From an uncultured bacterium (GTDB taxonomy: Bacteria; Fidelibacterota; UBA2242), in the NCBI GenBank assembly GCA_964589175.1, contig CAZPRY010000015.1, forward strand, positions 18,530 through 82,529: 64,000 nt of DNA. Direction: 5' to 3'. The notes under the pieces were generated by a model. That model searched no databases. It had not been told where the DNA came from and saw only the letters and a list, made by a program, of their open reading frames with translations. Position numbers and translations under genes: made by a program. Below, in pieces: positions 9,346 through 20,007 of the stretch (position 1 is the stretch's first letter; each line of letters starts with the position of its first letter).

Positions 9346-12138
9346 ATGAGTTCTAAACAAATTACTAGATCAATTATGCCCGCGATTATGGTTCTTTTAT
9401 TTATTGGGCTGTGTATAAATGATTTGAGGATATGGGCACTGCCAAAAGACAACCGATCTTTAGATAAAATCACTATACATGATTTACGGCATATCTATGC
9501 CCGATATGATATTCCAATTGCTAATGACGGTCGTTTTGGCTGGGATCCGACGGCACAAACTCCCGGTGGCGGTATATGGCTGCGCGGAACCAATGAAGGA
9601 TATATTTTTGGCGCAGGCATCTGGATCGGTGCTAAAGTTGATGGGCGTAAACAGGTCACCGTCGGTTATAACACATCGAACTGTCAGACGGAATTGGTGC
9701 CGGGAAATCTTCCGAACGAACCGGGCTATACCGATCCGTCCGAAATTATTTTTGTAAGTACGGACTATCCCAATGCAGCTTTACCGCCATGGCCCGGTGG
9801 CTACGGCCAAGACGGGAATCCTATTGCTTTTTCCCAGATGGATTCCTGGTGTCAGTGTAATGATTTGGACGCTTCCCGGCAATTCGAGGCCGGCAAGCCG
9901 CTGGGCATTTTACTGACCGCCGAAACCTACTCCTGGACCAGCAGTTTCCGGGATGTGTGGGATATTGCCTTCGTTAAATATACCGTGAAAAATATCAATC
10001 CCGATCAGAAAACATTGGAAGACGCCTATATTGGTTTTGCTATGGATCCCGATATCGGTGATCCGACCAATGATTTGACAGGCTGCTTTCCCGATTTGAA
10101 TATTGGCTTCGCCTATAGTGCGGAGGAATTATCGGGCATAGAGAAAGACTTAGAGCATCCGCCCGGATATGTGGGCATCAAGTTTCTTGACGGACCGGCT
10201 AAGGATCCGGTTACCGGTGAGGCGAAAATGTCTTGCTTTCGTCGTTGGGCAACAGATCCCAGTACAGATGAGATGCGGTACGATTTACTGTCGGAAGAAT
10301 ATTATGATCTGGAAGATACCGAACCGGCTGACAAACGGATATTCTTATCCTCCGGTCCGTTCAATCTGGCCTATGGCGAATCGACCACCTTCGTGGTAGC
10401 GATGTGTTTCGCCTGGCCCATGTGGTACATCGATTCATCGGTCAAAGGGCAGCCGGAACATTACGCGGATTATCTGAAATTGGTCGCGGAAAACGCGCAG
10501 TTTGTTTATGATAATAACTATAGATTCCCACAGCCTCCGAATATGCCGCGGATTCGACTGAATCCCCAGGATCAGAAGATCATCGTGATCTGGGACAATA
10601 AAGCCGAAGAAACTGTCGAACGGATTCTCTCCTTGCCGGACTTCTCCGATTCATTGGACTTTGAAGGCTACAAACTCTGGAAAAGTACGACCGGCGATGA
10701 GGGCAGTTTCGAGATGCTGGGGCAATGGGACAAAGTAAGTTTTGACGATTTAGGCAATCCGATCGGTAAGAACACGGGCCTGGCGCACAGTTATGTCGAT
10801 GAGGATCTGATCAACGGGAAACTCTATTTCTACGCGGTCACTGCCTACGATAAGGGGGAATATCAACCGCTGGGCTATGGCGATCCCGAGTTCGAGGTTG
10901 TGCCTCCCATGGAAACGGGCACGGTTTTTGGCGTCAACCTGAACGCGGAGACTCCGAATTCACCACCCTCCAACTTCACCGAACCGCAGATGGAAGGATT
11001 GGAGCTAATCGCAGGCGACGCGGATGAGCTTCAGTTTATCGTCAGTCCCGAATATCTGATAGCGGACAGCGTGAAGAATAAGACCTTCCAGATACGATTC
11101 TCCGGTTTGCCGAGTTTCCGATACGATAAAGAAGTATCGGTTTACGGACCCGATATTTATCTTGTTAATACGGCAACGGAAGACACGGTCGTCAGCACCC
11201 TGAATTTTCCGATAGGCAGTCCGGCTGCAACGGTCAAGTCAGACCTGTTTGATGGGATGCTGTTGAGTTACACGGGTCCGAATATCCTGTTGAATGCAAT
11301 CGATACGGCCTACTTCAAGCAGGCGAAGACGGGCGTGACGATCCATCCGGAAACGGATTATGAGACCTATAATACCCCCCAAACAAGCATACCGCTGGAT
11401 TTACCGTACGGGGCCTATTTCCTACCGCATGAGTACTTGATCGAGTTTTATGAAGTTGCCGGTAAAAGAAGGGTGAATGTCTACGATCTGGACAACGGCG
11501 ATACATTGCAATACGAGGCCAAGTCTTTTGGTCGCGATTTTGCACTGGCCAGTTTTGAGAAGGTTGTCGCATCTGTGGATCCGGTTTCGGGGGATACGAC
11601 CTGGACCTGGTACAATAATCCGGTGGATTTCAGGAACAGTCTGTCCAATGAAGCGGGTGGTTACAAGATTTACGTACCGGGCGCCTTTATCTTTGTAGAA
11701 GACCCGGGTCATGAGGTGGTTGCGGGAGATTCACTGATTGTGAGACTTTCCGGGGTAAGTGCACCTCGGGGAGGGGATGTGTATCAATTTTCAACGGTGG
11801 CGAGCCAGGTGAATTATCATACCCAGTTGGATGTCAAAGTGGTTCCCAATCCCTATCTGGTGCGGGCGGCCTGGGATATCGATAATGATTACCAGAAGGT
11901 CCAGTTTATTAATCTGCCGACGGAATGCACAATCAGAATCTATACGATAGCGGGCGATCTGGTGCAGACAATCCATCACGGAGCACCGTACGGAACGGGC
12001 TTCGATAGTGAGACCGGGGGGACGGCCTTCTGGAATTTGATGACCCGTAATAATCAGAAAGCATCCACGGGAGTGTATGTCTTTTATCTCGATTCTCCTT
12101 TCGGAAAAGATGTCGGAAAGTTCGCAATCATTAGATAG
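9346..12138 (+). CDS. Large secreted protein with a fibronectin-III-like region and a VVPNPY-type C-terminal sorting-like domain; TBDR partner
   Basis: Signal-like N-terminus; DFEGYKLWKS...YVDEDLINGKLYFYAVTAYD (FN3-like); VKVVPNPY...FINLPTECTIRIYTIAGDLV...WNLMTRNNQKASTGVY...GKFAIIR. Confidence 0.7.
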   Translation: MSSKQITRSIMPAIMVLLFIGLCINDLRIWALPKDNRSLDKITIHDLRHIYARYDIPIANDGRFGWDPTAQTPGGGIWLRGTNEGYIFGAGIWIGAKVDGRKQVTVGYNTSNCQTELVPGNLPNEPGYTDPSEIIFVSTDYPNAALPPWPGGYGQDGNPIAFSQMDSWCQCNDLDASRQFEAGKPLGILLTAETYSWTSSFRDVWDIAFVKYTVKNINPDQKTLEDAYIGFAMDPDIGDPTNDLTGCFPDLNIGFAYSAEELSGIEKDLEHPPGYVGIKFLDGPAKDPVTGEAKMSCFRRWATDPSTDEMRYDLLSEEYYDLEDTEPADKRIFLSSGPFNLAYGESTTFVVAMCFAWPMWYIDSSVKGQPEHYADYLKLVAENAQFVYDNNYRFPQPPNMPRIRLNPQDQKIIVIWDNKAEETVERILSLPDFSDSLDFEGYKLWKSTTGDEGSFEMLGQWDKVSFDDLGNPIGKNTGLAHSYVDEDLINGKLYFYAVTAYDKGEYQPLGYGDPEFEVVPPMETGTVFGVNLNAETPNSPPSNFTEPQMEGLELIAGDADELQFIVSPEYLIADSVKNKTFQIRFSGLPSFRYDKEVSVYGPDIYLVNTATEDTVVSTLNFPIGSPAATVKSDLFDGMLLSYTGPNILLNAIDTAYFKQAKTGVTIHPETDYETYNTPQTSIPLDLPYGAYFLPHEYLIEFYEVAGKRRVNVYDLDNGDTLQYEAKSFGRDFALASFEKVVASVDPVSGDTTWTWYNNPVDFRNSLSNEAGGYKIYVPGAFIFVEDPGHEVVAGDSLIVRLSGVSAPRGGDVYQFSTVASQVNYHTQLDVKVVPNPYLVRAAWDIDNDYQKVQFINLPTECTIRIYTIAGDLVQTIHHGAPYGTGFDSETGGTAFWNLMTRNNQKASTGVYVFYLDSPFGKDVGKFAIIR

Positions 12139-12281
12139 AAAAGAGTCACCATTCTGGAATATTTTGACAGGAACAATATGATATTCGGGATACTCGAACG
12201 ACAATTAAATATTTTTCAGCGTGGTTATCCGGCAAGTCCCGGTCAAGGAAGATTACAATTTGTAAGAGAGTGAGGTACGAT

Positions 12282-13277
12282 ATGAGCGAAAGAATTAAAA
12301 TCATCGTCGCATTATTATTATTGTCAGTCCTGACTCCTGCCCGGCAGATAGATAATAAAGTCGGAACAGCGGGTTTTCAGTTTTTGAAGTTGGGAGTGGG
12401 AGCCCGGGAGATTGCATTAGGTGGAGCGAATACTGCAATGCCGGAAGGGCCAACAGCCATGTACTGGAATCCTGCGGGTATTTGCCTTGACGATAAAAAA
12501 AGCGCCACATTTTTCAACAACAGCTGGATTGCGGCTATTAATCACAATTTTGTCGGATTTAAATCACCTGTCTCCACCAGCGGATATTTCGGAGCCTCTG
12601 TTAATTTTATCACCATGGATGATATGGAAGAAACCACGATTCTACAACCCCAAGGTACAGGTAGAAAATTTACCGCATCTGACTTCGCGATTACGGCAAC
12701 TTATGGCCAACGAATCACGGATCGCTTCGGTGCGGCAATTTCCGCAAAATACGTCAATGAGACGATTTGGGATATGGTATCCGATGGGTGGGCTTTTGAT
12801 GTAGGCTTCATCTATAATTATAACAAATTACACATCGGGATGTCCTTCATCAACTTCGGAGTCGAAAAACAGATTTCGGGGGATCAGTTGCAATTGGAAT
12901 ATCAGATTTTCCCTGACTATAAGACGGATGATGTACTTTTAGAACATGTGGCGAACGAAATTCGTCTCCCCACCAGTTTTCGATTTGGGGCCGGATACGA
13001 TATCTTGAAAATGAACTATCACAAACTGGCGATAATGGGTAGTATCAACTACTTCAACGATATTGGACAAAATAGCAGCGCCGGTTTGGAGTATAAATTT
13101 ATGGAAAACTATATCCTGCGGGGCGGATATCAATTTAATCGCGATGGATTTGATTGGAGTGTGGGTGCAGGGGTTCGGTTTCATATAAAAAATACAGCCT
13201 TTGAGTTCGATTACGCAGCGCTGAACCTTCAGGATTTTGGTCTCCAGTCTCAGACCGGTCTATCGATTTCATTTTAG
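12282..13277 (+). CDS. PorV/PorQ-family (FadL-like) outer-membrane beta-barrel
   Basis: GTAGFQFLKLGVGAREIALGGA, AMYWNPAG, GLEY...LRGGY, FEFDYA, terminal aromatic F. Start set at the ATG after GAGG (ORF track gives GTG 12270). Confidence 0.88.
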   Translation: MSERIKIIVALLLLSVLTPARQIDNKVGTAGFQFLKLGVGAREIALGGANTAMPEGPTAMYWNPAGICLDDKKSATFFNNSWIAAINHNFVGFKSPVSTSGYFGASVNFITMDDMEETTILQPQGTGRKFTASDFAITATYGQRITDRFGAAISAKYVNETIWDMVSDGWAFDVGFIYNYNKLHIGMSFINFGVEKQISGDQLQLEYQIFPDYKTDDVLLEHVANEIRLPTSFRFGAGYDILKMNYHKLAIMGSINYFNDIGQNSSAGLEYKFMENYILRGGYQFNRDGFDWSVGAGVRFHIKNTAFEFDYAALNLQDFGLQSQTGLSISF

Positions 13278-13342
13278 CGACGAGTGATTATCGAACAAGG
13301 TCAACGAAAAACATAAACGTGAGAAAGTGGTAGCAATAAGAC

Positions 13343-14215
13343 ATGCAGAACAAACAAATAATGGATAAGATTGCCATCTCCGGAACCGAGTTTCCTTTCC
13401 GGCCGATCGAAGAGGTCTACGCCATGGCCAAGTATTTGGGCGTACCTAACCTGGAATTGTGGATTCCTCACAATTTTGAATATGCCGATCTCGCCCAGGT
13501 GAAATCAGATTTGGAAAGACTCGAACTGAGCACTATATGCGTCTCAACCTGGACGCAATTAAACCTGCCGGGTAACGTGAGCCAGAGACAGGCTCTGATA
13601 ATTCGCAGCATCAAAGCCGCAAAGGAACTCGGAGCTTCAATTGTAAACACTTATTTCGGCGCCGATTCCATGAAGACGCCGGAACAAGCCCTGCAGGCCT
13701 ATAAAGATAATATTTCTCCGTGCCTGGAATTGGCAGAGAAAGAAGATATTACGATTGTGCTGGAGAATGAATTCGATCCCAGCGGGGTCGATCCAACGCG
13801 AAGCGCAGATTTCGTTTTGGAACTTGTGCAGGCCATCAATTCAACGAAGTTCAGACTGACCTTCGATGGCTGCAATTTCTATTTTGCGGGTGAGGAACCT
13901 TACCCCTACGCCTATAATCTGTTACGGGACTATATAGGCTATGTCCATATTAAAGACGGAATGAAATACCATAAAGATCTCTATGCGGAACCTGGCGAAG
14001 GCTTCCTGTGGCAGGATAAATCCGGAGATTATATCTGTTGTGAGATGGGAACGGGAGCAATTCCGTATTCATCGCTTATCGAGCGTCTGCTGACAGATGG
14101 CTATGACGGATATTTGACAATGGAGCCACATATTCATCCCAATCAACTGAAAGAGATCTTCCAGAAAAACGTATCCAATATGATTCAAGTACTAAAACAA
14201 GGAGAATATCGATGA
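13343..14215 (+). CDS. Sugar phosphate isomerase/epimerase (xylose-isomerase-like TIM barrel)
   Basis: VLENE, LTFDGCN, YVHIKD, GTGAIPY, LTMEPH metal motifs. Confidence 0.88.
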   Translation: MQNKQIMDKIAISGTEFPFRPIEEVYAMAKYLGVPNLELWIPHNFEYADLAQVKSDLERLELSTICVSTWTQLNLPGNVSQRQALIIRSIKAAKELGASIVNTYFGADSMKTPEQALQAYKDNISPCLELAEKEDITIVLENEFDPSGVDPTRSADFVLELVQAINSTKFRLTFDGCNFYFAGEEPYPYAYNLLRDYIGYVHIKDGMKYHKDLYAEPGEGFLWQDKSGDYICCEMGTGAIPYSSLIERLLTDGYDGYLTMEPHIHPNQLKEIFQKNVSNMIQVLKQGEYR

Positions 14216-15204
14216 AAGCCGCAGTCCTGCACGAACCGATGCATTTGTCAATCGAAGATGTTCCGGATCCTAAATGCGGTCCGGATGAATTATTAATTAA
14301 AGTTCATCGTTCTGCAATATGTAACTCTACTGATACTCATATTTGGAATGGAACCTTTCGCCCCTATGCAACCCCTAAATTTCCGCATATTCTTGGTCAT
14401 GAGTGCTGCGGAGAAGTCGTGGAAGTGGGTAAAGAATGCACAAAGGATTATAGGGTAGGTGATCGTCTTGGATTTTGGGTCAAAATGACCGGAGGATTTG
14501 CTGAATACAATGCTATTAAACCAAATAGCCTCGGTATTTGTAAACTAAAGAATGATATGAGCTATGATGAGGGAGCGCTGTTAGAACTGGTATGCGGTAC
14601 GATTCGACTGGTCTATGATTCCGGTCTACATATAGGAGATAAAGTTTTAATGTTAGGGCAAGGACCAGCCGGTTTGTTTTTAGCTCAGGAAGCAAGATTA
14701 GCAGGTATCGATAAATTGTATACGGTGGATTTATATGCTAATCGTCTAGCTAAATCCAAAGAACTTGCAGCCGATGATACCTTGAATTTGGATGGTAAAA
14801 GTTATGGGGAAGCATTTGATATCCTCAGCCAGATGATTGGTAAGGTAGATGTCGTTATCGATGCAATGGGAGATAATAGGTGGACACAGGGAAATTCCAT
14901 TGATTTGGCACTGAATCTGTTAAAACGACACGGAAAATATATCATTTTTGGACATCGTGGTAAGAATGATTCTATTAATACCCAACTTATCAGTAATGAA
15001 GATATCACGATGAGAGGGTTTGAACCCGGATTAATTAAAACAAAAGAACTTACTGATTTCACTGTTGAATTAGTTTCATCGGGAAGAATAAGAGCCGCAG
15101 AACTCATCACCCATCATTTTCCCTTGGTTGATCTGGAGAAGGGTCTGCATAAATGTCTCCATGATTTGCATGAAACCATCAAGGTGATTATCAATATCGC
15201 ATAG
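14212..15204 (+). CDS. Zinc-binding (MDR) sugar/polyol dehydrogenase
   Basis: SAICNSDTH, LGHECCGEV, GQGPAG Rossmann motif, ITHHFPL; ATGA overlap with the previous gene; no 4-Cys structural-zinc loop. Confidence 0.88.
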   Translation: MKAAVLHEPMHLSIEDVPDPKCGPDELLIKVHRSAICNSTDTHIWNGTFRPYATPKFPHILGHECCGEVVEVGKECTKDYRVGDRLGFWVKMTGGFAEYNAIKPNSLGICKLKNDMSYDEGALLELVCGTIRLVYDSGLHIGDKVLMLGQGPAGLFLAQEARLAGIDKLYTVDLYANRLAKSKELAADDTLNLDGKSYGEAFDILSQMIGKVDVVIDAMGDNRWTQGNSIDLALNLLKRHGKYIIFGHRGKNDSINTQLISNEDITMRGFEPGLIKTKELTDFTVELVSSGRIRAAELITHHFPLVDLEKGLHKCLHDLHETIKVIINIA

Positions 15205-15272
15205 TTTTCAATCCGTGCATTATATCGACGGGTCTGTTTGAGATAAGTAAATAGTTTTTAAATTATACAAAA

Positions 15273-16178
15273 ATGGTACTCAGATTGTTTGGAACGAATA
15301 GTATTCAAAAAGAGAAAATTGCCGGTTATTGTTTTCTGTCTCCCAATCTGCTGGGATTCCTGATCTTTAGTTTTTTGCCAATAATTGCCAGCCTGTTTCT
15401 TACCTTTACCCGCTGGAATCTGGCCACTAATCCCAAATTTGTAGGGATTGAGAATTTCGTCAATGTCTTGAAGGATGAACTGTTCTGGAAATACCTCTGG
15501 AATACTTTTTATTATGCCATCGGGACCATACCGTTGACGATTATTCTGTCCTTTTTTTTGGCGTATATGCTGAACAGAAAAATTCACGGTGTAATATTCT
15601 TCCGCACGTTGTATTTTCTGCCCAGCGTAACCCTGCTGGTTGCCATTGCGATTGTTTGGTCATGGTTATATAATGCCGATTTCGGATTGTTTAATTATCT
15701 GCTTGGAAAATTAGGTATAACCGGTCCCCGCTGGCTGCAAAGCAAAACCTGGGCGATGCCGGCAATTATTATTATGAGTATCTGGAAAGGTACCGGCTAT
15801 TCCATGTTGATCTTCCTGGCCGGATTGCAGGGTATCCCGGAACGGTATTATGAAGCGGCCGAAATTGACGGAGCCAACTGGTGGCACAAAATAACTCATA
15901 TAACGATTCCGTTAATCTCACCCACGACCTTCTTTGTGCTGGTCACTACTTCGATTGGTGCCATCCAGGGTTTCGACCAATTTTACATCATGACCCGCGG
16001 CGGTCCTTCCGGGGCGACAACGACTCTGGTATATTATATTTTTCAAAATGCTTTCGAGTGGTTTAAAATGGGATATGCTGCCACGATCGCTTTGATGCTG
16101 TTCATCATCGTTCTGGGCTTAACTCTTTTCCAGTGGCGTTTCGCCCAAAAATGGGTTTACGATGAAGGGATGGAATGA
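15273..16178 (+). CDS. Carbohydrate ABC transporter permease (CUT1, MalF-like)
   Basis: FVGIENF, FFRTLYFLP, LAGLQGIP..YYEAAEIDGA (EAA motif), GYAA. Confidence 0.95.
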   Translation: MVLRLFGTNSIQKEKIAGYCFLSPNLLGFLIFSFLPIIASLFLTFTRWNLATNPKFVGIENFVNVLKDELFWKYLWNTFYYAIGTIPLTIILSFFLAYMLNRKIHGVIFFRTLYFLPSVTLLVAIAIVWSWLYNADFGLFNYLLGKLGITGPRWLQSKTWAMPAIIIMSIWKGTGYSMLIFLAGLQGIPERYYEAAEIDGANWWHKITHITIPLISPTTFFVLVTTSIGAIQGFDQFYIMTRGGPSGATTTLVYYIFQNAFEWFKMGYAATIALMLFIIVLGLTLFQWRFAQKWVYDEGME

Positions 16179-16184
16179 TCCAGT

Positions 16185-17027
16185 ATGCTGAATAAAAGTA
16201 CCTATAACAATATCGCCGATGGTTTTACTTATACGCTGTTGATTATTTTCAGCGTGATAGTGGTTCTGCCGTTTTTATGGATGATCCTTTCATCCTTAAA
16301 AACGGCCGGCGAGATCTGGACATTCCCCCCGGTATTTTTGCCTAAAAAGTTCCAATGGTCGAATTATCTGGAAGCCTGGAAAGCACTTCCGTTTGATCGG
16401 TTTTTATTTAATTCCCTATTTGTGACGGTCTGCGTGACGATCGGACAGTTGTTCACTTGCTCTCTGGGCGGATTTGCGTTCGCCCGCCTGCGGTTTCCCG
16501 GGCGCGATTCATTGTTTTTAATGTATATGGCAACAATGATGATTCCCTTTCCGGTATTGATGATCCCGCTTTTCATTATCATGCAGAACCTGGGGTGGAT
16601 CGATACTCTCAAATCCTTGATTATTCCCTGTCTGTTCAGTGCCTGGGGGACTTTTTTGATGCGTCAATTCATGATGGGAATTCCCCGGGCGCTGGAGGAT
16701 GCGGCGAAAATCGATGGTTGCAGCTACTGGGGACTCTATTGGAAAATTATTGTGCCTTTATGCAAACCGGTGTTTGCGACTCTAGGAATTTTCACATTTA
16801 TGGGAACCTGGAATCAGTTCTTCTGGCCCCTGATAATGATCAATACGATTTCGAACAAAACGCTGCCTTTGGGATTGGTGATGTTTCAAACCCGCATCGC
16901 GGCGGAAACACCCTGGCATTTTATCATGGCAGCTTCCTGCGCCACGATTTTACCGATCATCGTGCTTTTCATCATCGGCCAGAAATACTATGTAAAAGGG
17001 ATTGTCACCTCGGGGCTTAAGGGCTGA
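16185..17027 (+). CDS. Carbohydrate ABC transporter permease (CUT1, MalG-like)
   Basis: FAFARLRFPGR, LMRQFMMGIPRALEDAAKIDG, WNQFFWP, GQKYYVKGIV. Confidence 0.95.
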   Translation: MLNKSTYNNIADGFTYTLLIIFSVIVVLPFLWMILSSLKTAGEIWTFPPVFLPKKFQWSNYLEAWKALPFDRFLFNSLFVTVCVTIGQLFTCSLGGFAFARLRFPGRDSLFLMYMATMMIPFPVLMIPLFIIMQNLGWIDTLKSLIIPCLFSAWGTFLMRQFMMGIPRALEDAAKIDGCSYWGLYWKIIVPLCKPVFATLGIFTFMGTWNQFFWPLIMINTISNKTLPLGLVMFQTRIAAETPWHFIMAASCATILPIIVLFIIGQKYYVKGIVTSGLKG

Positions 17028-17074
17028 CCGCCAGTCAATGAAAACCTAAACCAGAATTTGCAGGGACTATTGAA

Positions 17075-18451
17075 ATGATCAGAAGAGATTTTTTAAAAAG
17101 GCTTGGACAGTTGGGAGTTGGTACATACGGTTTGTCGCTTTGGCGCTTATGCGGGAATGGAGACAAGTCCGAATTACGGAAGCCACTCAGCTTTGATGTC
17201 AAATACCCGCAGACCGAGTGGACAATGGGCGTTGTCGATCCGCAGATTTCCGGTGTTTTTAAGATTATGAGTTGGGAAAGTGCCTTCCAGTTCAAAAAGT
17301 GGAATCTGATCATCGATACATTTTTCAAAACCTATTATCCGAATCTGAAGGTGCAGCTGGACTGGGGAATCAGTTTCGGGAATTACAATACCAAACTGCC
17401 CGTACTGTTGGCAGGCGGCTCACCACCGGACCTGGTCTGGATGCATAACACTCGGGTGAAGTCGTTCGCCTCGATTGATTTGCTTCAGAAGTTGGATCCG
17501 TTCCTCGAATTTTTCAAACCGGAAGGCTGGCCGGAGGAATACTATGCAACGCAGGTAGGCGAATTTCAATACGAAAATAGTCAGTACGCTTATCCGTACG
17601 ATTATGCGACGGGCGGACTGTATATCAATCTGGACATGTATAAAGAGATCGACGAGGAATTGCCTAACGAAAACTGGACGTTTGACGATTTATTGCGGGT
17701 CGGGAAAAAGCTTAGCAAAGGTAATCGGCAATTCGGACTCAATTTCGGTAGCGAGGCGAGCGCCGAATATCAGTACTGGATCTTGCGCTCGTTCGGCGGT
17801 GACTGGTTTAATGCCGAGCGGACGGAGTCGAAATTCAATCTGCCCGAGACGATTGCGGCCTATCAATGGATGAATGACCTGCGCTGGAAGCATAAGGTTG
17901 CACCCTTACCCGAGGTTACCCAGGGCCGACCTCAACCTTTTGTCGATGGCGTTGTGGCGATTGATTTCAATCTTGGCGCGCCGGCTTTCGCGGATTTATT
18001 GGAAGATAAATTCAACTGGACCGTCGCTCCGACTCCCAGAGGAGACAAGGGACGCTTCCAGTTTATAGGAGGTTCGGCATTATCCATTCCGCAAAAAGCT
18101 GTTCATAAGCATATCGCCTACGAACTGATCCGCTATATGCTCAGCAACCCCGAGAATTTGAAGATTATCGGCAAGATGGGCAGAATGTTTGTAAGCCGGA
18201 TGTCGATGTATGAATATGGATTACCACAGGGCAAATTGGTTTCCAAATTGAGCAATTATAAAAAGGTATTTTATGATTTAGCCCGCCGCGATGGAGTTTC
18301 GGTGCCATTCATCAGCAAATATCAGGAATGGGAAAATATCTACAGGCGAAATATGGAATTGCTCTATTATGGTGAAGAACTCGACGCGAAAAAGGTCTGC
18401 CTGAAATTGCATGAGGCGACAAATAGATTCCTCGCAGATATGAATTCATAA
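17075..18451 (+). CDS. Sugar ABC transporter substrate-binding protein with Tat signal
   Basis: IRRDFLK twin-arginine motif, PPDLV, QYAYPY, LYINLDMY, WTFDDLL, GGSALSI. Confidence 0.9.
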   Translation: MIRRDFLKRLGQLGVGTYGLSLWRLCGNGDKSELRKPLSFDVKYPQTEWTMGVVDPQISGVFKIMSWESAFQFKKWNLIIDTFFKTYYPNLKVQLDWGISFGNYNTKLPVLLAGGSPPDLVWMHNTRVKSFASIDLLQKLDPFLEFFKPEGWPEEYYATQVGEFQYENSQYAYPYDYATGGLYINLDMYKEIDEELPNENWTFDDLLRVGKKLSKGNRQFGLNFGSEASAEYQYWILRSFGGDWFNAERTESKFNLPETIAAYQWMNDLRWKHKVAPLPEVTQGRPQPFVDGVVAIDFNLGAPAFADLLEDKFNWTVAPTPRGDKGRFQFIGGSALSIPQKAVHKHIAYELIRYMLSNPENLKIIGKMGRMFVSRMSMYEYGLPQGKLVSKLSNYKKVFYDLARRDGVSVPFISKYQEWENIYRRNMELLYYGEELDAKKVCLKLHEATNRFLADMNS

Positions 18452-18472
18452 AGGAAATCGTAATCTTTTTTA

Positions 18473-19984
18473 GTGACTAAAATGAGTAAAAAACAGAATC
18501 TTTTCATTTTCATGGTATTTATGGTTAAGTATTTATTCCTGACGGATGCAGCGGTGGCCCGGGACGCTGGCGGAGAAATCCGGGGTGCTTTTTTCGAAAA
18601 TGCCGATCCGTGCAGTTTGCGTATCAATATTCACAACGCGATTACCGGTTTGTATTTTGGCAAAACGGAGACGGACTCAAATGGTATTTTTGTGTTCTCG
18701 GATTTACCGTACGGCACGTACTATCTTATCACTCACCCCGCGGATGTCGGTGTGCGGATGCCGCTCCTATGGAAGACCGATAGTCTTGAGATAAGTGAAG
18801 AACGCCCGCAAAATGTTGTTCGGAAAGTGGATGGGTTTGCAACGCAAATAATCTACCCGCAAGATAGCGAGAGTATTGATCTGGAAAAAGTTACCGAACA
18901 AAATCCGCTGATTTTTCAATGGAAGCCATATTGTGATACCGCTGAATATGAGGTCGAAATCTACAGCACCGATAAGACTCAATATTTTAAGTCGGGACGG
19001 ATCGAATCACCGAGTTATTCTTTTAATGGTCTGTTTCCGGACGGATCACATTTCAGAAAACGATTGTATCGCTGGGAATTGAAAGTGTACCCGGAGGGGA
19101 CAGAATGGGTCGGAACCAGTAAGCCGCAGGATCTGGTCATCGGTGATTTAGGGGTGATCAAGTGCTACGAAGGCGAGTATATACAGCTGCAATTTCCCAA
19201 ATGGTACGAATCAACAATCGATTCGCTGGATTTGCTCCGGGTGCTGGACACCTGTTACCTGCTGGAAAGAGAACTTGCCGCGGGTCAGGTACCTACCCTG
19301 GGACCGCTGCCCGGCGAGAAACAGGCCTTTTTGTACGATCCGGCGATCACTTTTGCCTATAGCGGCAACCCCATTCATTTCGGCAAAACCCTTCTGAAAG
19401 AGAATAATTTTCCGTTCTTTCTCTCCTTTCATGAAGTGGGACATAATTTCCAGTTTGGCGGACTGCCGGGATTCGCTTATCTGCTGGGCGATGATAACTA
19501 TCAAAGGACGTCATTGACGTTCGGGTTCGCCGAGGGATTGGCGACCCTGGCGAGTCTTTATATTACCGAGCGAATCGATAAGGAAGTTTTAAAACCATCT
19601 GTTCAGAAGCTCTTCGAAGAAGAGAAGAAATCGATGCGTGAGAAATTCGGGACGGCCTTGGAATTCTATGAAGACCAGGAGCTGGACTGGACCCGCATCA
19701 CTCCGGATATCATCGATGGTATGTGCCTTCGTCTGGGTGACCGGTACGGCTGGGAAAAATTTCCCGTTTTTTTTCGCATTTTTTTAAAGAGTGACGTAAA
19801 CGATCAGATCTTGAACCTGGCCGGCGGTGACGATACCAAACGAACGACGATCTTCATTGCGGCCTTCAGCGTAGCGGTAGATGACGATCTCCGCGAACAG
19901 TTCCGCAAGTGGAATATACCGCTGGACGATCAGTATTATCAGGCAATATTGCCGCTGGTGGGGAAAAGTCTGAAAACGAGTTAA
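18473..19984 (+). CDS. Secreted gluzincin-like (HExxH) protein with N-terminal Cna-B/carboxypeptidase-regulatory-like and Ig-like domains
   Basis: TETDSNGIFVFSDLPYGTYYL; FHEVGHN...EGLA; C-terminal TPDIIDGM...AAFSVAVDDDLREQFRKWNIPLD matching 4444-6207; no CTD. Confidence 0.75.
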   Translation: MTKMSKKQNLFIFMVFMVKYLFLTDAAVARDAGGEIRGAFFENADPCSLRINIHNAITGLYFGKTETDSNGIFVFSDLPYGTYYLITHPADVGVRMPLLWKTDSLEISEERPQNVVRKVDGFATQIIYPQDSESIDLEKVTEQNPLIFQWKPYCDTAEYEVEIYSTDKTQYFKSGRIESPSYSFNGLFPDGSHFRKRLYRWELKVYPEGTEWVGTSKPQDLVIGDLGVIKCYEGEYIQLQFPKWYESTIDSLDLLRVLDTCYLLERELAAGQVPTLGPLPGEKQAFLYDPAITFAYSGNPIHFGKTLLKENNFPFFLSFHEVGHNFQFGGLPGFAYLLGDDNYQRTSLTFGFAEGLATLASLYITERIDKEVLKPSVQKLFEEEKKSMREKFGTALEFYEDQELDWTRITPDIIDGMCLRLGDRYGWEKFPVFFRIFLKSDVNDQILNLAGGDDTKRTTIFIAAFSVAVDDDLREQFRKWNIPLDDQYYQAILPLVGKSLKTS

Positions 19985-20007
19985 TGCAATGCAAATGGGA
20001 ACAGGAA

